Assembly (NCBI GenBank): GCA_010093995.1
Contig: ML992509.1
Coordinates: 103,588 to 167,587 of the forward strand
Length of the DNA: 64,000 nt
Origin: Elsinoe ampelina
Lineage: Eukaryota
Direction: 5' to 3'
The position numbers were made by a program, and so were the translations under genes. Shown in pieces: positions 25,751 to 36,200 of the stretch; position 1 is the first letter of the stretch, and every line of letters starts with the position of its first letter. The notes below the pieces were generated by a model. It was given only the letters and a program-made list of their open reading frames with translations. It was not told where the DNA came from and did not search any database.

Positions 25751-26304
25751 ACTTACCTCGACGTGTTACTAAACTATAATAACTACCTCTAACTACTTCT
25801 AACTTAATACTTAACTATAATACTCTCTCCTCCCCTTCGAATATAGTATAATAGAATAGTACGTTAAGAGTATAGCACGGAATAGCGAGGTATAGTATAG
25901 AAAAATAGCATAGTATAGTTTAAAGCATAGAGTTTAGCTTGTATAATACCTACGTAGCCTTAGCCTTATATACTAGACAGGATAGAGTTTTATAGAATAA
26001 TAGAGCTTTAGGCTTAGCTACTAAAGGAGTCTTCGGATCTCTTCTAGACTATAGAATAGCATCCCCCGACACTAGACCTAACTAGCTATAGACTATAGAC
26101 TAAAACGGGAGTAGATAGACTAGCTTATCTAAATCTATAAATAGAGCTTCTAACTATAGATGTTTTCCTTTATAACTCGACTATTTAGAGTAATATTTCT
26201 GTTCGTAGCACTCTAATAGTAGTACTTTAGGTAATAATAGCGTGTAATTAATGACAGTAATAAGGCCTAGGGGTAGGCCTTTTATTTGTTTAGGCCGGGG
26301 GACC

Positions 26305-26526
26305 TATTATAGTAGATACTATAGTAGACACTATAGCGGATACTATAGTAGACACTATAGTAGATACTATAGTAGGTACTATAGTTAAGGCTATAGCAGG
26401 TACTATAGTAGGTACTATAGCTAATGCTAAGGCTTAGTAAGCCTCTATCTACTAGAGATAGCCTAGTAGTCTTCCTAATAATAATACCTTACTATAGTTA
26501 TAAGCTTCTAAGCTAAGTACTTAACA
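26305..26526 (+). repeat. Gypsy 3' LTR (222 bp), ends in CA
   Basis: Direct repeat of 13419-13640. Confidence 0.92.
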
Positions 26527-27033
26527 CTATAGATAAGAATCTTCTTCTAGCTAAATAATAATAAGAACTTATAGTATAATTAATAACTAAATAAGGCTAG
26601 CTAAATTAGCTAAGGCCTTATATTATTTATTATACTATACTTATTCCTTCTTATATATCTAGAAGAGTACTAAGAAGTTAATATTTACTACTTCTAGCCT
26701 CTAAGGCTTAGAGAGCTCCTCTAGCTTAATAGTCTTCTAGGGATTAATAAGGTTCTATATCTTAGTGTTTAAAGCTCTTATCTTAATAATATATAGCTAG
26801 CTAGCCTATTTAGCCGATATAGTAAGAATAATAGGTGTTCTAGCTATTAAAGTGTTAGTATCTATAGTTATTTATCTCTTTATTAATACTTAAATCCTGT
26901 AGTTATAATTAAGGCAGTTCTTAATAGATTCTAATACTTAAAAAGCAAGATAATAGAGAATTAACTAATAGATTAAGTAGGAAAGCAACTAAGTAATATA
27001 CTTATATAGGGGTAGTTATACTAGGCTTATAAC

Positions 27034-27292
27034 TATCAGCTTATATATAGGAAGAATAAGATTTATTACTACCTAATCTACTAAACTAAGGTAGATTATA
27101 ACTATATAAATACTTAACCTAATAAACTAAGAGATAACTAAATTAATAGAACTCCTAAATAATAACAGATTAAGACAATAACTATCTAATTTAATTATAA
27201 ATTAGTCGAGTAGTAGATAAGTGTTCAGTTCCACCAGGGGATGAACTGAATCAGGGTCCTTCTTGGCGCTCTAGCTTATACCTCGGTTGACA
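27034..27292 (-). repeat. Copia 5' LTR (259 bp)
   Basis: Direct repeat of 8879-9137; ends TTGACA then CCAAG. Confidence 0.92.
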
Positions 27293-27399
27293 CCAAGCTC
27301 TGCTCATCTGGAACCTCGGCTGGAGAGTTTATCCCCGCGTTGTCCCCATTTCTGGGGGCGGGGGATTCCCTTGGAGCTCTTAGTGATCTTGATCCTCGG
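27281..27399 (+). promoter_or_regulatory. Three CCTCGG (FarA/FarB-Ctf1-type) motifs plus SYGGRG (CreA-type) sites upstream of the peroxisomal ligase
   Basis: CCTCGG at 27281, 27314 and 27394; CTGGGG and GCGGGG at ~27352-27363. Short motifs; function inferred. Confidence 0.45.
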
Positions 27400-27518
27400 G
27401 CGATCAGTAAATCTAGCACTAGTTATTCTCTCTTTCCTTCTTGTACATACCCACCTCTCGTAATCTCTTGCATAGCACCCACTCGAGTTTTCCATTCCCT
27501 GCTTTGGTCCCCGCAACA

Positions 27519-29261
27519 ATGCCCTGGAAGAGTCGCTGGAACGCGGAGATCCCCAACGTCGACCTCCCCACTTTTGTCTTCGGGTCGCAGACGGGAGACA
27601 TTGGCTCGAAACCACTCCTGCTGGATGCGGACAGTCCGGACAGATATCACCTCACTCTCAGCACATACCGGCTTTGGGCGAAGAGGTTCGCGGCGGGTCT
27701 CATCAAGAATGGACTCCAGCCGGGTGATCGAGTACTGCTGTACTCTGGCAACACTCTGTTCTTCCCGGTAGTCTTCATGGGCACGATCATGGCGGGCGGT
27801 GTGTTTTCTGGCGCGAACCCGTCGTATGTGGCACGTGAGCTTGCCTACCAGCTTGGTGACACGGGTGCTCGGTTCTTGATCACATCAGACGCCTCGCTAG
27901 ATACTTCGATTGAAGCTGCGGAGAGCATCTCGTTTCCGAAGAGCCGGGTCTTAGTGTTTGATAATGGGAGGGACACTTTCGATGGCAAGGCGAAGGCTGT
28001 AAAGTCAATCCGACCATGGACGGATCTGATCGCGTCGCCTAGCGAGGGCGAGGCATACCGGTGGCCGACCTTGACTTCCCCGGCGGATCTCAAGCGTCTC
28101 ATCGTCCTTAATTACAGCAGCGGAACCACGGGTGTACCAAAAGGTGTCATGATCTCCCACCGTAACTACGTCGCCAACAGTGTCCAGACCAACTTCATCT
28201 CGAATCTCAACCCAAACGTCGAGGCAGACCGCAAAAAGGCACAGATGCTGTGTTTCCTACCAATGTACCACGCCTACGGTCAGACCTACTTTTGCTGCAC
28301 GGCACCTAGCCGAGAAGTACCGTCCTACATCATGCCAAAGTTCGATTTCCTCAAATTGCTTCAGTACATCGAGAGGTACAGGATCACGGATCTGACGCTT
28401 GTTCCGCCCATTGCAGTTGCGCTGGCAAAGCGACCCGAAGCAAGGAAGTTCGATCTTTCCAGCGTCACAGGAGCTGGTTGCGGAGCGGCTCCGCTCGGAA
28501 ACGAGCCTTCTCGAGAGCTGGAGTCTATGTGGCCTTCCGGGCAGGTTAATCTGAAGCAAGGATGGGGCATGACTGAGGTCACCTGCAGTATGACTGGGTG
28601 GCATCCGGAAGAGATCTCCACAACCCACTCGATTGGCGAGCTCAACCCCAATTGCGAAGCTCGTATCATGGACGAGGATGGTGTGACCGAGCTTGGTAGG
28701 AATGAACGAGGTGAATTCTGGGTCCGTGGACCAAATGTCATGCTTGGATACTGGAACAAGCCAGAAGCTACCAGGGAGACATTGACGGACGACGGATGGC
28801 TAAAGACTGGAGACGTCGCCTTCCGAGACGACAACGACCGATTGTACATTGTGGACAGGAAAAAGGAGCTGATCAAGGTAAAGGGCAACCAAGTCGCACC
28901 GGCAGAGCTCGAGGCTTTACTACTAGATATCCAACAAGTTCAAGATGCAGCTGTCATTGGCGTGACGAAGGATGGCGAGGAGTATCCTCGTGCCTACCTG
29001 GTGAGGAAGCCGGACACGAAGCTTGAGGAGCAGGATGTTCACAACTTCATGGAGAAGAAGGTCGCTCGGCATAAGCGATTGACTGGCGGCGTCAAGTTTG
29101 TGGCAGAGATCCCGAAGAATCCAGTAAGTCGTCCTCTATTCTGTAGAAGTCTGGTTGTGCACGATGCTGATCAACTACAGTCCGGTAAGATTCTGCGAAA
29201 GCTCCTTCGTGATCAAGCCAAAGCCGAAGTTGGCGATGGCGCTCGGGGATCGAAGTTGTAG
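27519..29261 (+). CDS. 4-coumarate-CoA ligase-like / acyl-CoA synthetase (ANL superfamily) with PTS1; intron 29124-29180
   Basis: YSSGTTGVPKGV AMP-binding loop, QGWGMTE, GWLKTGD, DRKKELIKVKG.QVAPAELE, IPKNP|SGKILRK; C-terminal SKL. Confidence 0.93.
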   Translation: MPWKSRWNAEIPNVDLPTFVFGSQTGDIGSKPLLLDADSPDRYHLTLSTYRLWAKRFAAGLIKNGLQPGDRVLLYSGNTLFFPVVFMGTIMAGGVFSGANPSYVARELAYQLGDTGARFLITSDASLDTSIEAAESISFPKSRVLVFDNGRDTFDGKAKAVKSIRPWTDLIASPSEGEAYRWPTLTSPADLKRLIVLNYSSGTTGVPKGVMISHRNYVANSVQTNFISNLNPNVEADRKKAQMLCFLPMYHAYGQTYFCCTAPSREVPSYIMPKFDFLKLLQYIERYRITDLTLVPPIAVALAKRPEARKFDLSSVTGAGCGAAPLGNEPSRELESMWPSGQVNLKQGWGMTEVTCSMTGWHPEEISTTHSIGELNPNCEARIMDEDGVTELGRNERGEFWVRGPNVMLGYWNKPEATRETLTDDGWLKTGDVAFRDDNDRLYIVDRKKELIKVKGNQVAPAELEALLLDIQQVQDAAVIGVTKDGEEYPRAYLVRKPDTKLEEQDVHNFMEKKVARHKRLTGGVKFVAEIPKNPVSRPLFCRSLVVHDADQLQSGKILRKLLRDQAKAEVGDGARGSKL

Positions 29262-29778
29262 ATGTAGAGACATGTACGGACGAGATGTATAGACAGTACA
29301 TATGCAGCGTCAAATATGACAGTGTGTTGAGTGGTCCCATGGTCGACGTTGTTGCATCGTGATGGAAGAATGCTCAATTGCACGTGAAGCGCGTGCGGTT
29401 GCTGTGGAATCGTTTGTGTTGATCTGGTGTGGGGCGCCTTTCACATGTGCACATATGGCAAACCGCAGCTTTCCATGTTTCGAACCACGCCATGTGATGG
29501 GCTGCGATTGACAACGACCGACACTAGATATACGGCCACGGATAATCGACTTGGACTGGAACATTGCTGGAGCCTGGATATCTGGACAGCTTTCTTGGAC
29601 CATTTGACGACGTTCACGCCCGGATGACCAGCTGCGATTCTTCTCACCGCAAACAGTGCTAATTACAAACACAAGAGCACACGGCCGAGTGGTCAGTATA
29701 CTCACATCGCACTGATAACTGGAGATGTACCGATAGTAGCATACTCCGATGCATGCACAATAAGCCCTGGACACTAAG

Positions 29779-31565
29779 ATGACATCCTCACCATTTCGGC
29801 CCGGCGCATCGGTCGAAGACCAGCTCGCATACTACAAGGCACAATACGAACAGCTCGAAGTCGAGCTACACGAATTCCAGGCCTCCAGTAAAGATCTCGA
29901 GGCGGAGCTAGAGAAAGATGTGGAAGAATCAGAGAAGCGCGAGAGGAAACTGAAGGAGCAGGTGGAGAGCTTGGGGTTTGAAGTGGATGAGTGGAAGGTC
30001 GGTCTGGCATCTTGACATTGTTGAAGGGTGCTGATTGGAGCTAGACGAAATCAAAACAATCCAGGGACGAAGCGAATCGGGCGCAGACGGTTCTGCAAAA
30101 GGAGATCACGACAATGCGAGAGAGCAATAGGTCCCTGCAACTCAAGCTTCGTGACATTGAGGTAGCCAACGACGACTATGAGCGACAAGCTCGGAACACG
30201 ACATCATCACTTGAGGATCTGGAGTCGAAATACAATGTCGCGATTGAACGAGGGGTCATGTTTGAGGAGGAGATACGATCAGGGGAGAAGGAGCGGGAAG
30301 AGCTGCGGATAGAAACACAAAGATTACGGGACGAGCTGTCGGACCTCAGAGTCGAGTTTGAGATCACACAAGAGAAGCTACATCGTACAGAGGCGGCGCT
30401 GGAAAGATCACACTCGCGTAAAATGCCGCTGTATGCGAATCCAGCAAGGCCGCGGTCGCCATCCTCAGAGACGTCAGCCATCACGCCGACGTCGCCAAGC
30501 GTCTCTACGCCTCCAGCATCAAAGTCGGAATCGTCAGGTAACGACGTGCCAACTCCACCCTCACCGCCCCTCTCAGATACAGCTGGGCCTGTTCGAAAGG
30601 CAATGCCAAAGACACCAGTCCCAGCGGTGCGGAGATCGCTCATGCCCGGCGATAACACTACACCCAGACCGAGCAAGCTTGCAACCAGGGTACCGCGGCA
30701 CTCAAGAGGGCCGTCCCTCTCCGCCGGGTTCACGCCTGCAGCGACAACATCCAGCCGCATGGGACCCCCACGACCAAGACCAGCTGCTGGTCAATCGGAA
30801 GGTGTACCACGGTCTGGATCGCTGTACCAGATTAAGGGTCTGATCGGCAGGATGCAGAAGATTGAAGAGCGGGTACATTCGGTCAGATCCAAGCTTCCAC
30901 CGCCATCGGCATCGAAAGGCTCGACTCCAAGGAACTCCCCCAGGACAAATGCGATCCGCAACTCGCCGCAAGCGACTGTGCCAGCAGAAGATATGCCTTC
31001 TTCTGTGACGTTACGAAGTAGTCGAAAGCGACCTAGCAATGTGTCTAGCTTCTCCCAGCGTAACTTGGAGTTGGAACAGATTGACAGGCCCAAAAGACTG
31101 TCTTTTGGCATGCCGTCAACAATGGAAGAACGACCGACCAGTCGGCCGAGTAGCCGAGCCTCGAACGTCAGCAATTCGGAAGCTAACCCATTTGTCCGGC
31201 CCAGTAGCCGACTGAGCATGGGCGGAGCGCGGACACCACTTGGATCATTTCTACCGAGCAGACCCCGTTCAAGCATCGGTGGTAATTACAGCAGCGTTCA
31301 CGGCGTAAGACATGGAGCAAGCAGCAGTATCAGTGAATCAAGGACAGAAACGGAGAGCAATCTGAGCACGCCAACGGGGAGGAGAACGACACTGGACAAG
31401 AGCGCGATACCAACGCCGAGCAGCAGAAGGCAAAGCGGCGGATTGAACAACCCAGCGGTAGGCAGGAGAGCCAGTCAGACATTCGCGCTCTCGCAAAAAG
31501 ATGGAAGCATGGCGCCGCCACTGGAGCGACCACGGAAAGCGAGCGGCTTAGGGGAGACATTCTGA
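29779..31565 (+). CDS. nudE: Nuclear distribution protein NudE/RO11 (exons 29779-29997, 30045-31565)
   Basis: Coiled coil YYKAQYEQLE.EL.EFQASSKDLEAELEKD and LRDIEVANDDYERQARNTTSSLEDLESKYN; SGSLYQIKGLIGRMQKIEERV.S.RSKLP; S/P-rich tail. Confidence 0.93.
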
Positions 31566-33205
31566 GAGCTGTCATGTCTTCTGGGCGACTTGGTTGGCGT
31601 CTTGGGACCGGGTATGATACCACAAATGCTTCTTTGTACAGGGACGTGGAATGAAGACATGAAAATCGAAGTTTTTGCAAGCATCGCTCGTGATCAGTCA
31701 TGTTGCCGATGACAGGTCTTGTGTACGAGTCGTGCGTGATGGGTTTTCGTTTGCCGTAGTACTGCTCGTCACGTCGAGGGCCGGAGCTTGGGGAACCGAG
31801 CATGGATGACCACCACCGCCGCCAGATGCGAGTCCCACGCCGGGCTAGCGTGACCATTGCCGACATGTCAATTCACCGAATGGTCGGAAGATAAGAGATG
31901 AGGTCGATGAAAAGTCTTTGACTTGCTTGAAGAGGAGGCAATGTTGCCGTGTTTGTCTTCTCACCTACCGTGTCGTCGGACATGCTCTGTTGTTGAGAAA
32001 TTGCTTCGCGTGGATACTCTGCTGTGCATGATGGTCGTGATCTGCCCGTGATGTGTGTCCTGCATAGCGATCCCAGGGCAGCGGTAAATCACTTTAAATT
32101 AGCAAAAAGTGGGCTGAGGTTCCAAGTCGGGCAAAAGAGAAAAACAGCCAAACCACGCGCTTGGCAGGAACAACCAGACGAAAAAGCCATTCGCTGGTCG
32201 CAGAGGTATTGATATGCTTTATGACAACGTTCGGACGAGAGCTGCAAATACTCCGTTCCTCTCCGACCCCTTGATCATCGTCAAGGTCAACCGGACCAAG
32301 TGGTTGAGGTCAGCCGAGGTGATCGAGTATGGTTGAATGCGTGGGACCCCAAACGAAGCCCCAAAGCAGAGAGCTCGAAGCTCCCCGCAAACCTTCTTCG
32401 CGCCTCTTTGCTGCTCAACAACTGCTTCCTCCGCGCATCGTGCATGATACAAGGGCTCAGCGATTCTCGTCGCCGCCGTGGCTGCTGCGATCCCAAGAGC
32501 GTGACGAGCACTAGGCACGCTAATGATTGGGGCAGGGTCGCGCAGTTCAGGAGCGAGCCGGACATTTCATGAATTCTTGTGGGATGGATGGATCCAATGG
32601 ATCCAATGCTTCGGGCTGGGGGAAACCGGTGACATGGACTTCGGGAAACCTCATGCTCACTCTCTGCCTCTGCCATTGCGTAGCTTGTAGCTGCCACATA
32701 GCTCGGTCTTGTCCATTTGATTCTGACACTTGCTCCTGATCTTGACTTCCTACCCTACACGACCTCCTGTCCTCACCGCCATACCGCAGCGCCATTCCCT
32801 CGGCGTGCGTCCAGAAGCTCTACAGATTCACGCCGCGCTTGCCAACGGAGGTCCGTTCCCCTTCGTTGACCAGGGCATCGGACCACGTCTGCTTCATTTC
32901 CCACTCTACCACGACAGAGGACACTGCTGCGAAACTCGTCCTCCCTTTCACCAAACCGTCACTCTCATCTCCCCCTCTTTATCCCAGCTCTGCGGACGAA
33001 GATCCGACCAGATCTCACTCACCCGGCAATTCGTCCCTGTGACGTTCGATCTCTCTCCGCGTTTCAACTTTTTTAGGTACCCCAGAAGCTACCCTATTTG
33101 CTTTTTGCCCAGCGATCTGGTCTCACTGCAAAGAAGCAACCCGCCAAAACCCCCTCGAGTCCTCTCCCACAACTACTGCACCAGTGTATGGGAAGCTCTC
33201 TCGAT

Positions 33206-36200
33206 ATGGCCGACGCAAAGGGAGGAGCAGCGAAGACGAATGGCCATTCCAACGGCCATCCGAGCTCGTACGCTGCAAAATTCAACCTCCCCTCACATTT
33301 CATAGGCGGCAATGAGCTTAGCCAGGCTCCGCCGTCAAAAGTGAAGGACTTTGTGGCCGCGCACGATGGTCACACGGTCATTACGAATGTAGGCTGCTTT
33401 TGCTGAGGAGCTGGAGGCGGTTGCTGACTTCCTGGCAGGTTTTGATCGCCAACAACGGTATCGCTGCGGTCAAGGAGATTCGGTCTGTACGCAAGTGGGC
33501 GTACGAGACATTCGGCGATGAGCGAGCGATCCAGTTCACAGTCATGGCCACGCCTGACGATCTGGCTGGAAATGCAGACTACATCAGGATGGCCGACCAA
33601 TACGTGGAAGTACCAGGTGGCACGAACAACAACAACTACGCAAATGTCGAGCTCATTGTGGATATTGCTGAGCGAATGGGTGTACATGCTGTATGGGCAG
33701 GATGGTAAGACTCGATTCAAGCAGCTCAGAAGGCACACAGACTGACCACATTAGGGGACATGCTTCAGAAAACCCAAAGCTCCCAGAGTCCCTCGCTGCC
33801 TCACCCAACAAAATCGTTTTCATCGGTCCTCCCGGTTCCGCGATGCGATCCCTCGGTGACAAGATCTCCTCAACAATCGTCGCACAACACGCAAAGGTAC
33901 CGTGTATACCATGGTCAGGAGAAGGAGTAGACCAGGTCAAGGTAGACAGCAACGGCATTGTCACAGTCGAGGATCACATCTACGACAAAGGCTGCGTACA
34001 CAACCCGGAAGAGGGTCTCGCAGCCGCGAAGAAGATCGGCTTTCCCGTCATGGTCAAGGCGTCAGAAGGAGGAGGTGGTAAGGGTATTCGCAAAGTCGAA
34101 CGAGAGGAGGACTTTGAACAACTCTACAAGGCCGCGGCCAGTGAAATCCCCGGCTCGCCAATCTTCATCATGAAGCTGGCTGGCAGCGCTAGACATTTGG
34201 AGGTACAGCTGCTTGCTGATCAATATGGCAACAACATCTCGCTTTTCGGTCGTGATTGCTCGGTACAGCGGAGACATCAGAAGATCATTGAGGAAGCTCC
34301 AGTCACAATCGCAAATCAGCAAACGTTCCAGGCTATGGAGCGAGCTGCTGTGTCTCTTGGACGACTCGTCGGCTACGTGTCAGCAGGTACCGTCGAATAT
34401 CTCTACTCCCATTCCGACGACAAGTTCTACTTCCTCGAACTCAACCCGCGTCTGCAGGTCGAGCACCCGACCACTGAGATGGTGTCTGGTGTAAACTTAC
34501 CAGCGGCACAGCTGCAGGTAGCCATGGGCATTCCACTTCACAGAATCCGCGATATTCGACTTCTACATGGTGCCGACCCGAGAACCTCCACTGAGATTGA
34601 CTTTGACTTCTCGAAAGAGGGCAGCAAGCTCAACCAGCGACGTCCCCAGCCCAAGGGCCACACGACTGCTTGCCGTATCACATCAGAAGACCCAGGCGAG
34701 GGCTTCAAGCCTTCAAGCGGTGCATTGCACGACTTGAACTTCCGGTCCAGCTCGAATGTCTGGGGATACTTCTCTGTTGGTGCTGCATCGTCCATTCACA
34801 GCTACTCGGATTCACAATTCGGTCACATTTTCGCATACGGCGAGAATCGACAAGCGTCAAGAAAGCACATGGTTGTCGCATTGAAAGAGCTGAGCATCAG
34901 AGGTGACTTCAAGACCACCGTGGAATACCTCATTAAGCTTCTCGAGACACCTGCGTTCGAGGACAACACCATCACAACTGGCTGGCTCGATGAGCTCATC
35001 TCCAAGAAGCTCACAGCCGAGCGTCCAGATCCGATGGTGGCTGTTATCTGCGGAGCGGTAACAAAGGCACACCTTGCGAGTGAGGAATGCATGACAACAT
35101 ACAGGAACAGTCTCGAGAAGGGTCAAGTACCGTCAAAGGACGTGCTCAAGACTGTCTTCCCGGTCGACTTTATCTACGAGGGCATGAGGTACAAATTCAC
35201 CGCCACAAGGTCAAGCGTAGACAGCTACACTCTCTTCATCAATGGCTCGAAGTGCGCAGTTGGCATTCGGCCATTGTCAGACGGAGGCATTCTTGTTCTT
35301 CTCAGCGGCCGCAGTCATAGCGTATACTGGAAGGAGGAAGTAGGAGCCACTCGTCTGTCAGTAGACAGCAAAACCTGTTTACTCGAGCAAGAGAATGACC
35401 CGACGCAACTTCGGACACCTTCGCCTGGTAAGCTGGTCAAATTCACCATCGACAACGGCCAGCACGTCAAGAAGGGTCAACCATTCGCCGAAGTTGAGGT
35501 CATGAAGATGTACATGCCCTTGATTGCGCAAGAGGATGGTATTGTCAACCTCATCAAACAGCCAGGCGCCACTCTTCAAGCCGGTGACATTCTCGGCATA
35601 TTGGCTCTCGACGACCCGACAAAGGTCAAGTCAGCACAGCCCTTCCTGGGCCAATTACCCGATTTCGGTCCTCCACAGGTCACTGGTAACAAGCCGCCTC
35701 AGCGATACACATTCCTCTACAACATTCTCCGCGACATCCTCCAAGGCTTCGACAACCAGGTCATCATGCAGGAGTCGCTGAAGGAGCTCGTCACTGTACT
35801 CAGAGATCCAGAGCTACCATACGGAGAGTGGAATGCGCAAGCATCTGCACTTCATGCTCGTATGCCACAGAAGCTTGACTCTCAGCTTAACCAGATCGTC
35901 GAGAGAGCCCACAGCCGTGGTGCGGAGTTCCCGGCGAAGCAGCTCCAGAGGACATTCTCCCGTTTCCTTGAGGAGAACCTATCTGCTAGCGATGCGGAGA
36001 CCCTCAGGACCAGTCTCGAGCCGCTACTCGTCATTATGAATACCTACGCGGATGGCCTGAAGGCTCATGAGTTCAGCGTCTTCATCTCATTGTTCGAGCA
36101 ATACCATCTCGTCGAGAACCTCTTCTCTGCGAGGCAGAACCGAGACGACGAGGTCATCCTTGCTCTGCGAGATCAGAACAAGGACAAGGTCGCCGAGATC

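Larger units (their letters stand above)
13419..26526 (+). mobile_element. RIP-inactivated chromodomain-bearing Ty3/gypsy LTR retrotransposon, 13.1 kb, nested in the copia gag region
   Basis: LTRs 13419-13640 and 26305-26526; 5-bp duplication CTATA at 13414-13418 and 26527-26531; primer-site-like AGTAGTAGCATCG after the 5' LTR; G-rich tract AGGCCGGGGGACC before the 3' LTR; PR-RT-RH-INT-chromo domain order. Confidence 0.92.
8879..27292 (-). mobile_element. RIP-inactivated Ty1/copia LTR retrotransposon (about 5.3 kb of its own sequence), interrupted by a nested gypsy element
   Basis: Direct-repeat LTRs 8879-9137 and 27034-27292 with TGTCA...TGACA ends; 5-bp duplication CCAAG at 8874-8878 and 27293-27297. 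Minus-strand RT motifs LLNKALYSLK*AL (~10141-10180; cf. KALYGLKQAP), FFFINNI (~10021-10050; cf. YVDD) and I*INIINAY (~10290-10320; cf. QMDV.NAY). Integrase-like LYT*A*NSYNERIG at ~11750-11795. Polypurine tract next to the left LTR and a GTTATAAGCC (RIP'd GGTTATGAGCC-type) primer site next to the right LTR. Confidence 0.9.

Noticed and set aside
32582..32610. GGATCCAATGGATCCAATG tandem CCAAT boxes upstream of ACC1
   Set aside because: Plausible HAP-complex sites but ordinary and unverifiable from sequence.
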